From: a virus
DNA length: 64,000 nucleotides
IMG/VR virus record: IMGVR_UViG_3300023196_003770
Span: 1-64,000 of that record
Direction: 5' to 3' (one strand)
This document shows positions 17,103-26,275 of the stretch, piece after piece. A program made the position numbers and the translations under genes. The notes under the pieces were generated by a model. The model was not told the DNA's origin. It was given only the letters and a program-made list of their open reading frames with translations, and did no database searches. Position 1 is the stretch's first letter; every line of letters starts with the position of its first letter.

Positions 17103-18128
17103 TTATGCCTTTAGTATTTTTGATATCTTTGCCCTTAGCAAATAGTCCTTACTAAAAGGTGTAGCAGTTTCTAATAGGTAGTTAAACTGTGTTTGAGACA
17201 GCTCTCCAACGTCTTTATATGGCACAGGAATATCTAAGATATACACCGATATGTCATATTCACTTAACATATCCGCAATCTTTAGAACCTTATCTTTTGC
17301 GTCGGGATCTAATGCCAATATCACGGGCGTCTTATGCTTCGCTAACATAAGAAACAACTTATAATCTGTAGTTAAATCAGAACCTAAAAGACACGTGGCA
17401 TTTGAATTGCATTTAATCAAATCAAATGGACCCTCAACTATAGTCAATGGCTCGTTCCAATTAATATTAATCTCATTGAATATAATATCTTCCCTATGAA
17501 TATTAGGATTTAAATATTTGGGATTAACATCAGCATATGTTCTTCCAGTAAAATAATTTAAATCACCTTCGGAAGTAAATGATGGCATAATAACACGATT
17601 AACAAATGCCCGATCTTCTAACGCAATCCCAAACTTCCAATACCAAAGATGAGAAGGATCAAGGTCTTTAGTCTCCATTCCAAATCTATAAGCAATATAG
17701 TTAAGAGCCGCCCTATAACTGATCTCCATATTAATGTCATTGTTAGGCAATGCCAATAATTGAAATCCATTGGGAAGCTTAAACTCAACTTCAGTAACAA
17801 CCTTATTAACGTTATTGTTGTTGTTAACCTTAAGCTGATGCGTTCCTACAAAACGATTAAGATATTCTACGAAATATCCAGAATGAAATCTACGAATAAG
17901 ATCCGCAAGATTACGAGATTTATAATTGCAAACCCAGCATTTAACTAAATGACCGGTATCTGTTAGTTTAATAGCTAATTTCTTTTTATTATAAGAACCG
18001 CTTTTCTGAGATGAACATATAGGACAAACAAAATTTAAGTTTGCATTTTGACCAGAGCCGGTTATTTGGCAGGTACCAAATATTTTTTCAAGAAAATCTG
18101 CTAACTGTCCTTGTGTATACATGCCCAA
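17103..18128 (-). CDS. DNA primase (zinc finger + TOPRIM)
   Basis: CPIC...CWVC; RVIMP, YFTGR, KYLNP, IVEGPFD, LDPDA, KDVGE. Confidence 0.88.
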   Translation of the reverse strand: MGMYTQGQLADFLEKIFGTCQITGSGQNANLNFVCPICSSQKSGSYNKKKLAIKLTDTGHLVKCWVCNYKSRNLADLIRRFHSGYFVEYLNRFVGTHQLKVNNNNNVNKVVTEVEFKLPNGFQLLALPNNDINMEISYRAALNYIAYRFGMETKDLDPSHLWYWKFGIALEDRAFVNRVIMPSFTSEGDLNYFTGRTYADVNPKYLNPNIHREDIIFNEININWNEPLTIVEGPFDLIKCNSNATCLLGSDLTTDYKLFLMLAKHKTPVILALDPDAKDKVLKIADMLSEYDISVYILDIPVPYKDVGELSQTQFNYLLETATPFSKDYLLRAKISKILKA

Positions 18129-18240
18129 CCCTCATAACATATTCGTTTGCCGTTTATCAACCGTCCAACTTGTTGACGATTTAATTTATGTTGAAAAGAT
18201 TTTAGTAATAAAATCTATCGCTTGACCTCTGGTATACATC

Positions 18241-18876
18241 TCACTTCTTCTTTCGAATTTTAACGTCTGTATTCCTTAGTATTTTTATCTGACCGGATCC
18301 ACTAGATCCAAAATTCTTGTTGCGATCCCAAACAAACCACGCATACTCAATACTATCAGTTCCCTTGCCATTAAATGACGGTCTATTAGGAAGAACATAG
18401 ATATCGGGAGTATATTGTCGGAGAAAATCTGACCGCTCACCACTACCCATGAAGTTAAGTCGTAATAACATACAAACATATTCTGGCTCCAACTTTATTG
18501 ATTTCTTTATAAACTCTAATGCTTTTGAAAATGGTGGGTTAGTGATAATAACATCATAATCTTTATTCAAAGGCGCATCCAAGAAGCTTTCTATATAAAC
18601 CCGGCTTGGGTCCACGGAAGCCTCTAAATCGGTTTTAAACCTATCCTGTAACTCAATAGCAGTCCAAGTAGGGGTTGTACCTAAACCAGCGTTCACAGCC
18701 CGTATAATAGCGCCGTCACCGGCTGCTGGCTCTAACCATCTTCCAACAGAACGAAGGGGATACGTATACGGAAGATTAACTTCTTCCAATAAACGATCAA
18801 CACACCAACTTGGGGTTGGATAATAATCGTTTGCTACACGCTTGTTAGAATTTTTTTTTGTTGCTGACATAATCAA
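18241..18876 (-). CDS. DNA amino-methyltransferase (m6A/m4C)
   Basis: DYYPTP, LEPAAGDG SAM-binding motif, catalytic NPPF. Confidence 0.88.
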   Translation of the reverse strand: MIMSATKKNSNKRVANDYYPTPSWCVDRLLEEVNLPYTYPLRSVGRWLEPAAGDGAIIRAVNAGLGTTPTWTAIELQDRFKTDLEASVDPSRVYIESFLDAPLNKDYDVIITNPPFSKALEFIKKSIKLEPEYVCMLLRLNFMGSGERSDFLRQYTPDIYVLPNRPSFNGKGTDSIEYAWFVWDRNKNFGSSGSGQIKILRNTDVKIRKKK

Positions 18877-19538
18877 GGATTTATTAACATTCCACCACGG
18901 CAGATAACCCAGCTATCACAAAGATCTTCATTAACTTTATCATATATCATCTGACCTTTAAACTGTCCGGATTTTGCCTCACGGATTATCCAAGGGAAAT
19001 TGGGATTTAAAGTTCTTACGTGCAAGAGAACCTTGTCCTTTGTAGATGAAGATTTATCTTTATAATCTATCTTAATGTTAAGTTTAGAGCGGGCAGAGCG
19101 AACATTAACCATAATAGGTTTAACGCCGAATAACTGATAAGCCATATAAGAAAGAATACCATTGAAACGCCCTAATGTCATTATTGTGTCAGCAGAGGAA
19201 AACCCTGGTGTAAACTTTTTGGCGGCTTCCTCAATGTATATGCGGCGAACTTTCCAAGATGGATCAATCCAATCTGAAGTAAAGTTATCTGCCTTCTCAT
19301 ATTCATCTTCAAACTTAACGAGTTTCTTATGAGTAAGCTTAATAAGCTCTCCAGTCTTACTATCTAATGCACATATGCCTACAACGGACGTTGAAATATC
19401 AAGTCCCAAATCTACTATTCTTTTTTCTCCTGTTGCTTCTCCAGAAGTAGGAAGCGAGCTCGGATTGGAAATATTACTGTCTCCGTCCAAAACTCGTATG
19501 TCGTCAATCTTCCCTTTTTTGTTAGACTTTCGCACCAT
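18873..19538 (-). CDS. RuvC-like Holliday junction resolvase (true start uncertain, possibly 19418)
   Basis: LGLDISTS..G, IYIEE, L.RFNG, K..V and DLCDS catalytic motifs. Confidence 0.82.
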   Translation of the reverse strand: MVRKSNKKGKIDDIRVLDGDSNISNPSSLPTSGEATGEKRIVDLGLDISTSVVGICALDSKTGELIKLTHKKLVKFEDEYEKADNFTSDWIDPSWKVRRIYIEEAAKKFTPGFSSADTIMTLGRFNGILSYMAYQLFGVKPIMVNVRSARSKLNIKIDYKDKSSSTKDKVLLHVRTLNPNFPWIIREAKSGQFKGQMIYDKVNEDLCDSWVICRGGMLINP

Positions 19539-19921
19539 CTTCTTGCTGCCTCTGCTTTCTTAACTACCATAGTATTATTTAACGCAGAGTTTCGTTTGAC
19601 TTCTATAATCTTCTGAGAACCATTAACATAGTTAACAACAAAATCTGGTATATAAAATCTAACCCTACCAGACTTTGTATTAGCTATATACGCTATTTTA
19701 TACGGCTCATAATCATATGATGTAATATCTGGATCTTCATCAAAATGCTTACAGACATATAACTCCCAGGAAGAACGATATTGAATAGGATGAGGAGATT
19801 TTGGCGATATATGTGTGCCCGTAATATAGTGAGATTGTCTCTTGCCCTTACGGGTTCTCTTTCTACGTTTTGTCGGGGGTTTCTTAATAGTTGTTTTAGT
19901 CATAATATCTATTAATAGCAA
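19415..19921 (-). CDS. head-completion nuclease gp4 / TnsA-N-like PD-(D/E)xK endonuclease (likely start ATG ~19903)
   Basis: YRSSWE...D.D..I..Y.YEP..I.Y...YIPDF...IIEVK. Confidence 0.8.
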   Translation of the reverse strand: MLLIDIMTKTTIKKPPTKRRKRTRKGKRQSHYITGTHISPKSPHPIQYRSSWELYVCKHFDEDPDITSYDYEPYKIAYIANTKSGRVRFYIPDFVVNYVNGSQKIIEVKRNSALNNTMVVKKAEAARRWCESLTKKGRLTTYEFWTETVIFPIRARFLLLEKQQEKKE

Positions 19922-19924
19922 TTA

Positions 19925-19956
19925 ATTGATAAGTGGAACGCTACCAATTAGAGAAG
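19925..19956. repeat. 32-bp direct repeat, copy 1 (ATTGATAAGTGGAACGCTACCAATTAGAGAAG)
   Basis: Identical to 52058-52089; intergenic. Confidence 0.9.
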
Positions 19957-20015
19957 GCTATAGGGGTATTATAGATTAACAGAGACAATAAGACTTAAAT
20001 GTATGTGTGTATCGC

Positions 20016-22376
20016 TTAATAATCCATCTTCAAGCGAAAACAAAACTTATCGCCACTTCTCTTAAGGACCGGTTGAGCTATAGATGTTCTACCAATAACA
20101 TTTAGATTATCATCATGTAATAACACATTTGATATAAAGACGTATTTCTTATCATTTTCATTTGCAAAATCATCTATATCAATATTGCCATTTTGGAACT
20201 GAGCATAGCTGGAACTAATTTCCTGCATGGGTCTTGCATACCCATTTACCGATAAAACGTGAATATTCTGAATGCCCTGGAATTCACATTGAAACTGATT
20301 AAGACCAAAGAAATAAAGCTGTGGGACTTTAAGAAGGATTATACCTTCGTTATAAAATATATTGCCTATAGAAGACCATGTTGCATGTTCACCAGAAGCA
20401 TCAGCACGATATAGATTACCATAACCATCATCTTTAATGGTCATTGATATACTACCGCTTATAGAACCGCTTATGTTTGCATCTGTTAATACGAACGTTC
20501 CTGGTTTAATACATAAACCATAATACATATTACTGATATCAAAGAATACAACCTGATTACTTGTATTATCACGTGTTCTATCGAAGATTGCATAATCTGA
20601 AGCGGGTGTAACTCCACTCTTCCAGAAGTTATCTGGATTATTTGCTCCTTGTAAAGCTACTGATATTGAATTGTCTTGATCAGCAGATTGTAAAACCTGA
20701 CCTGGGAATGAACCAGTTATCATATCTCTTAAAGAGATTGCTCCTGGCACATAATTTCCTAAATCATCAACAAATTTACTTCCGCTTAAATTGCTTAATA
20801 AACCATAGTTTGGAAAGAACTTCCCATTATCATTTGGAAGTATCGAATATAATCTCTTTACATTTGAACCGGTTGAATATAATAAAGTATTTGCTTCTGT
20901 TGCTGTTGATAACGTTGTTGTGATAGTAGAAGCTGTTAAATTCATTAATCTCGGGTAACGTCCGGTAATAAAATCTCTTACGTAATTCTCGAGATTTATA
21001 TAGTGTCCACCACAACCAAAAGCCATTTTGATATCAAACGGGTCTATAGTTGTTCCATCCTTTGCAATCAAAGGAGTTGTTAATACGCCTCCGTCATCAT
21101 TTACTACTTGTCTATATGGACTTTCTTGTGTAAAGAAAGGCGGAAGATAAAACTTAAGATCACTTGTTATTGATTTTACACCAAAACTATCAAGAGCTTT
21201 AATTTCATCGGTATTGAGATATGAATTATATAACTTTAATTCATGAACTTCTGCTTTAAGAGGATAACTGAAAGCATATGATATAGGCGCATCTTGTGCT
21301 GTGCTATTTTTCAACTCTTCTATTCCATATTTCAATGATGGGTTTGTAGAAAAAAACCATGATGTTTCATTGGATGGACCAGCGTTAGTTCCTTGAAAAT
21401 AATTGCCAACGCACAAGATATCTTGATCAAGAGATGCTGAACCAACTGTTAAGCTATTTGTTATAGCAAAGTTACCTTTATTAATTGAATTAACAATAAA
21501 TGAACCGGAACCAAAATTATAATTTGGACCTCCCCAACGTATTGTTACATGATGCCATTTATTAACTTCTAATGCATTATCATTTGATAAGAACGTATAT
21601 GCAGATGATGTTAAGGCTAAGTCTGGAGCTATATCTGCGGCTCCTGAGAGCTGTAGCAATAATTTAAAACCACTAATCTTTCCATTGATATCTCGTGCCG
21701 ATCCTGAACATAAGCTTATAGCAAATGCGCTGGACATATGCATTAAAGTCCCAGGCTTGTATATAACTTCATTTGTATATACAGGCTTTGGCTTTATCCA
21801 AAAATCAAAAGAGAATGCATTGGAATAGCTATAATCTCTATAATTGCTATTCAAAGAGTTAAGTGGGTTTGGATATAATAAGACACTTCCAGTAGGGGTA
21901 TTGCTGGAAGAGAAAAAATTTAAACTATGGTAGTTTGTATAGTTGTAATGAGCAGTAGGATACGAAGTTCTGTAATACGGCATCAATGTATTGATCGTAA
22001 CAAGCTTACGCATCGTATTCGAATTAAATCGAAATGGAGGTTCAAATCTAATAATTTCTAAACGTTGATATTGTTTAGGAGATACCGGTGTTTCTTGAAC
22101 CCCCGTTAAATAAGCAACAATTTCCGGAACAATATTTGTAGACCCAGTTGATTTAGTTATCGCATTTAGACGTAATTGATTTAAATCATAATCATTGAAA
22201 TATGATTTACTATAGTAATTTAATGGATAAGGTTCTTTCTGAAATGTAGAACGTCTTGCAAAAAGATAAAGAGAACCAGTTACACCATCTGTTGAAGAAC
22301 TGACATAAGTTCTTCTTGGATTGGTTTCAATTGTAAACGTTTCGAAATCATCTGGTGTAACTCGTTGTATTGACAT
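20016..22376 (-). CDS. virion baseplate/tail protein with LamG domain and tail-collar-like C-terminus
   Basis: FSFDFWIKP...WHHVTI...VHELKLYN..L...EI LamG pattern; C-terminal LHDDNLNVIG....QPVLK.....F.LKMDY. Confidence 0.75.
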   Translation of the reverse strand: MSIQRVTPDDFETFTIETNPRRTYVSSSTDGVTGSLYLFARRSTFQKEPYPLNYYSKSYFNDYDLNQLRLNAITKSTGSTNIVPEIVAYLTGVQETPVSPKQYQRLEIIRFEPPFRFNSNTMRKLVTINTLMPYYRTSYPTAHYNYTNYHSLNFFSSSNTPTGSVLLYPNPLNSLNSNYRDYSYSNAFSFDFWIKPKPVYTNEVIYKPGTLMHMSSAFAISLCSGSARDINGKISGFKLLLQLSGAADIAPDLALTSSAYTFLSNDNALEVNKWHHVTIRWGGPNYNFGSGSFIVNSINKGNFAITNSLTVGSASLDQDILCVGNYFQGTNAGPSNETSWFFSTNPSLKYGIEELKNSTAQDAPISYAFSYPLKAEVHELKLYNSYLNTDEIKALDSFGVKSITSDLKFYLPPFFTQESPYRQVVNDDGGVLTTPLIAKDGTTIDPFDIKMAFGCGGHYINLENYVRDFITGRYPRLMNLTASTITTTLSTATEANTLLYSTGSNVKRLYSILPNDNGKFFPNYGLLSNLSGSKFVDDLGNYVPGAISLRDMITGSFPGQVLQSADQDNSISVALQGANNPDNFWKSGVTPASDYAIFDRTRDNTSNQVVFFDISNMYYGLCIKPGTFVLTDANISGSISGSISMTIKDDGYGNLYRADASGEHATWSSIGNIFYNEGIILLKVPQLYFFGLNQFQCEFQGIQNIHVLSVNGYARPMQEISSSYAQFQNGNIDIDDFANENDKKYVFISNVLLHDDNLNVIGRTSIAQPVLKRSGDKFCFRLKMDY

Positions 22377-22398
22377 AACATACGTTCAATCTGAAATT

Positions 22399-23589
22399 TC
22401 AGAAATCAAGTCTTACTTTGAAGGTTAAATCTCTTTCAGAATCTTTAAGAACCGGTCTAGACACCTTAGCTACGCCCAATAGATTGTTGTTGTCATCGTA
22501 TAGACCAATAGAGGAAACAAATGTAAATGCTTCTTGTTCTAATTCTTGTCCTTCATCAATAACTACGATTCTATTGTTAGAATCTGTAAAGGTTGGATTC
22601 GAAGAATAATTGAATGAGTCTGGATTTGCACGACAGAAAAATATTGTGCTGTTAATGTTTGTTACGTTCTGAAATGTCATTGCAGTTTCATTCGAAGCTG
22701 TAAATCTTGTTGAACATAAATGATCAAGAAAATCATCTATAGAAGCAGATGCTCCAAACATACAAAGTGATGCCGACATATTTGGATTAATTCCGCTTGT
22801 ATATTCTACAGAACTGATGGCTCCGGAGATAAAAGTTCTTTGATCAAAACTTCTTGACATATCAAGAACCATGATGCCACGGTCAAGAAACAATAAACCA
22901 TATGGATTAGTTGTTACAGCAGAATCAACCAATACAGCAGCCTCGCCACCAACGGTATAATATTTGTTTGTGCTTGAATTGATATCGGTAAGAATAGAAG
23001 AACTGACGCCTGGAATAACAATATTATTTGTTACATCAGCCGGAGTAGGAACTAAAACACCATTGCCAGAAGCAGACATAAAAAATCTTATTGCGGTTGT
23101 TTCTCTTTTGACTTTATCACGTGCGAATAGTCTCTTGAAACATACGAAAACTGCTTCTTTGATTTCAATTGTATTGTTTGATGCTGGAGCTGTTGCTGTA
23201 AATGTTGCAGTTTCATCACCAAGAAGTTCACGTGCAAATAAACGATAGATATCTATTTTCTCTCTCATCATAACAGAGTTAGCTGGAAATATGTATTTGC
23301 CGTTTGTATCTATCGTAGGGGACCAAGCAGATACTATAGCTGAACTTGTAGCATAACCATATGTTATATCAAAAACTGGATTGGCAGTTTGTAAAGTAAA
23401 GTCTTGATCAAATACTGTTTGAAATAAAGAAGACGTTACTCCCGGTCCAAGACCTCCAGTTACGAACACTTGATATTCTCTTCTGGTTGCAGAAGAAGAA
23501 ACATCAGAACCAATGATATCAACCAATTGGTTTAAATAAGAAGTTGTTGACTTAATATCTTGATTGTCAAACGCTTGAAAAGTAGCCAT
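22399..23589 (-). CDS. virion structural protein with tail-collar-like C-terminus
   Basis: C-terminal IGLYDDNNNLLGVAKVSRPVLK...LTFKVRLDF, paralogous to the end of the 20016 ORF. Confidence 0.75.
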   Translation of the reverse strand: MATFQAFDNQDIKSTTSYLNQLVDIIGSDVSSSATRREYQVFVTGGLGPGVTSSLFQTVFDQDFTLQTANPVFDITYGYATSSAIVSAWSPTIDTNGKYIFPANSVMMREKIDIYRLFARELLGDETATFTATAPASNNTIEIKEAVFVCFKRLFARDKVKRETTAIRFFMSASGNGVLVPTPADVTNNIVIPGVSSSILTDINSSTNKYYTVGGEAAVLVDSAVTTNPYGLLFLDRGIMVLDMSRSFDQRTFISGAISSVEYTSGINPNMSASLCMFGASASIDDFLDHLCSTRFTASNETAMTFQNVTNINSTIFFCRANPDSFNYSSNPTFTDSNNRIVVIDEGQELEQEAFTFVSSIGLYDDNNNLLGVAKVSRPVLKDSERDLTFKVRLDF

Positions 23590-23604
23590 TATACCTTGTC
23601 CTTA

Positions 23605-24330
23605 TCAGGTTAATTTGTTGATCTGAACCAATATGTCTAATGTAGCTCCGGATTGTAATCCGGTAACTTTCATATACGTATTGATTGTGGTCTTAGTGCT
23701 GGTACCATTTACAGCGCCATATATTTGAAACTGAGATGTTGTGATAGAACGAGTTCTTAAAGTAAAGTTAAGAACTGAACCATTTGTGTCAGAAGACTTG
23801 CCAGCGGTAGATGCTATTAGATATGATGATGTTTGATTTTGAGACTCTGTATATTCCGGTGTTTCTTTATCTATATCTAAAAATTGTGAGTTGATTTGAA
23901 TCATATATGTAGCGTCTACTAACTCACTATTAACATTAAGCGGATCAGCAAATACTTGTTGGATTGATACGTTTGAAGTTTTTGCATTTGACGCACCAAT
24001 TTGAATATTCGTTAAATTACCAACAAGACTAATGCTTGGTAGGTATATTAGATTTGGATCAGAAACCGATATACAACGATATTTTTGCGCCAAAGAACCA
24101 TTTGTAAGTGCTTCAAAGATTGGTGTATTTTTTTCAATCTTTTCTTTACCTACTGTACGACCATATTTTTGAATGATGCCGTAATCGATTTCATCATCGC
24201 CAAGAGCAAATTTGCTAATTTTAAAGCTTTGATTGTTTTGTGAAAGAAATTTTCTTCCAGTATCGGTTAGAACAGCATCTAATATGATGTTATTTGTATC
24301 ACCTTGTAAAAATCCCATATGTATCTCCAA
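23605..24330 (-). CDS. virion structural protein with tail-collar-like N-terminus (likely start MGFL)
   Basis: ILDAVLTDTGRKFLS....FKISKFALGDDE resembles the N-terminus of P2 gpH-type collar domains. Confidence 0.7.
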   Translation of the reverse strand: MEIHMGFLQGDTNNIILDAVLTDTGRKFLSQNNQSFKISKFALGDDEIDYGIIQKYGRTVGKEKIEKNTPIFEALTNGSLAQKYRCISVSDPNLIYLPSISLVGNLTNIQIGASNAKTSNVSIQQVFADPLNVNSELVDATYMIQINSQFLDIDKETPEYTESQNQTSSYLIASTAGKSSDTNGSVLNFTLRTRSITTSQFQIYGAVNGTSTKTTINTYMKVTGLQSGATLDILVQINKLT

Positions 24331-24333
24331 ACC

Positions 24334-26265
24334 TTATTTTATTAAACTAAGCTTGTCGGTGGTTAAGCTTCCTATATTATTATTTATTGAAGTAGTTGAA
24401 TTTTTTGATATGTTATTTATTCCAGGCTTATTACTTTGATTTCTCGTATCTTGTAATGCAATATCAATAGTTTGTTCGCTTTGAAGGTCAATATTAATCA
24501 TTTGTAGTTTATAGATAGAATTTGAATCTGTCTTCAATAATTGTAAATCTGTCGGTGGGCTACCCTGACTCGTGACTTTTAAGTATTCCGGATTGAAGAT
24601 TATTTGTAACTTTTTAGAACCACTTGTTCTTATCGAGTCAACAAATGCATCTTTTTGTAAGAAAAAGTTTGGATATGCTTTTGGAGCGCCTTGCTTAGAT
24701 ATTGATCTTTTAATTAATTTATTTTGATTTCTATCAAAAGATATCTGTAATTGAACCGAATAATTTGAACTGTTTCCATGAGCATCTATAGAAGCCAGCG
24801 CATATATAGCGTTACTTTCCTTCGTAAACTCATCATCTCTATAGTATTTTATTGGTAATGCTGTGCCATTTGCGCTACGTAAATTATCAACTAAGACTTG
24901 ATCTATAAAATTTTCAGACATCTCTATTGCAGACAAAGGAGTTTGACTATCATTGAAATCATAAACTTTATATAATTGAAATGGTTCATTGACTCCATTT
25001 CTTTTGAATACTTGAACATATTTTATGTCACGTTGTGGATTCACTGGTAGATTCCATGATAAAAAGGGGATATTGTTTTGATAATCCCATGTGATATCAA
25101 AATCTACAGGTGGCGGCGGAGGAATATTTTCTTTGCACGTTATATAGACTTCAGGACTTCTTTGAGATGCCACCAGATAAGTTGTCATACCAAATTCAAT
25201 ACTATCGTCAGTAATGTTATAAGTTGGTATTTCTAATAAGAATACTGACTTGACTGTGTAGCCATATTGTGTTCCATATTTGACATTATAATCAATACAC
25301 TCAGAAACGTTAATAGATTCAACTATAACTGGAGGTTTAGTTATAGGTTGTCCGGTTGTTGGATATTCTGTTTTTTCTACGATGTAGCCAATTAGTTGAA
25401 AATCTGTTTTATATACTCCTGGTTGAACTTCTGTATTGTAGCTGATATAATTTGGCATATTCATTTGGTAATCAACAGCATCAATTATAGAGTTTGATCT
25501 CGCTACAATAGCATTTTCCTGCACTGTGTTTGCCAAAGGCAAAGTGGCATAGGTTTCATTACCATATATGTTGTCTGGTTGTTGAACCGAGGATCTTAGT
25601 AGAGTGGCAATTCTTTTATTATTGAAAGAAGCCTTAAGCTTAACGTTTCTAATTTGATTGATTATACTTTCAGTTATAGCCGCTTTGTTTTCATTGTTGA
25701 TATATTTAACACCATTTTTTTCCAAATCAATAAAAGATTCAGCTAAGAAGCTTGATTCAATTTGATTAGAAGTATTTGCATTTAATATTTTTACTATATC
25801 AAGTTGAGATAGACTATTAGTATCTATAGATTGTTGAACTATAATGGAGTTAATTGCTTTATTAATAGCATATAGAACTTTTCCATCTGCTCCATTATCT
25901 TTGAATAAGATGCTTGTAAAAAAATCTGATGATAGCGTTTCTTCATCCAATATTTTATCTAAGTTATTTTTTATTGATACGGTGCCAATCCAATCGGGTC
26001 TGTTTCCAAGTATTATTGGATTCCATTTGAGATTAACGTAACGTGGAACAAATCGTTCAATTTTTCTTTTTAACTGTTGTCTCAACGTAATGTTTTGATA
26101 ATTTTGAAGATCATTTTGTAGACGATTTGGGGTTGCATTAAGAGGATTTTCATTCTTATATTCATCAGGCAAATAAAAATTGTATACAAACGAAGCCTCT
26201 GGAATTTGTATTTCTCCGGGAGCATCTATGATTACAGCTTTGTTAGATGGATATGATTTCGTCAT
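24334..26265 (-). CDS. virion structural protein with FN3/Ig-like domains
   Basis: IGYIVEK...DYNVKYG.QYGY.VKSV; PPPP.DF...LSW..P; Y.LASIDAHG.SSNYS. Confidence 0.7.
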   Translation of the reverse strand: MTKSYPSNKAVIIDAPGEIQIPEASFVYNFYLPDEYKNENPLNATPNRLQNDLQNYQNITLRQQLKRKIERFVPRYVNLKWNPIILGNRPDWIGTVSIKNNLDKILDEETLSSDFFTSILFKDNGADGKVLYAINKAINSIIVQQSIDTNSLSQLDIVKILNANTSNQIESSFLAESFIDLEKNGVKYINNENKAAITESIINQIRNVKLKASFNNKRIATLLRSSVQQPDNIYGNETYATLPLANTVQENAIVARSNSIIDAVDYQMNMPNYISYNTEVQPGVYKTDFQLIGYIVEKTEYPTTGQPITKPPVIVESINVSECIDYNVKYGTQYGYTVKSVFLLEIPTYNITDDSIEFGMTTYLVASQRSPEVYITCKENIPPPPPVDFDITWDYQNNIPFLSWNLPVNPQRDIKYVQVFKRNGVNEPFQLYKVYDFNDSQTPLSAIEMSENFIDQVLVDNLRSANGTALPIKYYRDDEFTKESNAIYALASIDAHGNSSNYSVQLQISFDRNQNKLIKRSISKQGAPKAYPNFFLQKDAFVDSIRTSGSKKLQIIFNPEYLKVTSQGSPPTDLQLLKTDSNSIYKLQMINIDLQSEQTIDIALQDTRNQSNKPGINNISKNSTTSINNNIGSLTTDKLSLIK

Positions 26266-26275
26266 GTAGTATCCT

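Noticed and set aside
9342-18128. Inteins in terminase, Mre11-Rad50 or primase
   Set aside because: Lengths are ordinary, and no C...HN-[CST] splice motifs or LAGLIDADG blocks were seen.
19925-19956. 32-bp repeat as a CRISPR repeat
   Set aside because: Only two copies, 32 kb apart; no spacer array and no cas genes seen in the window.
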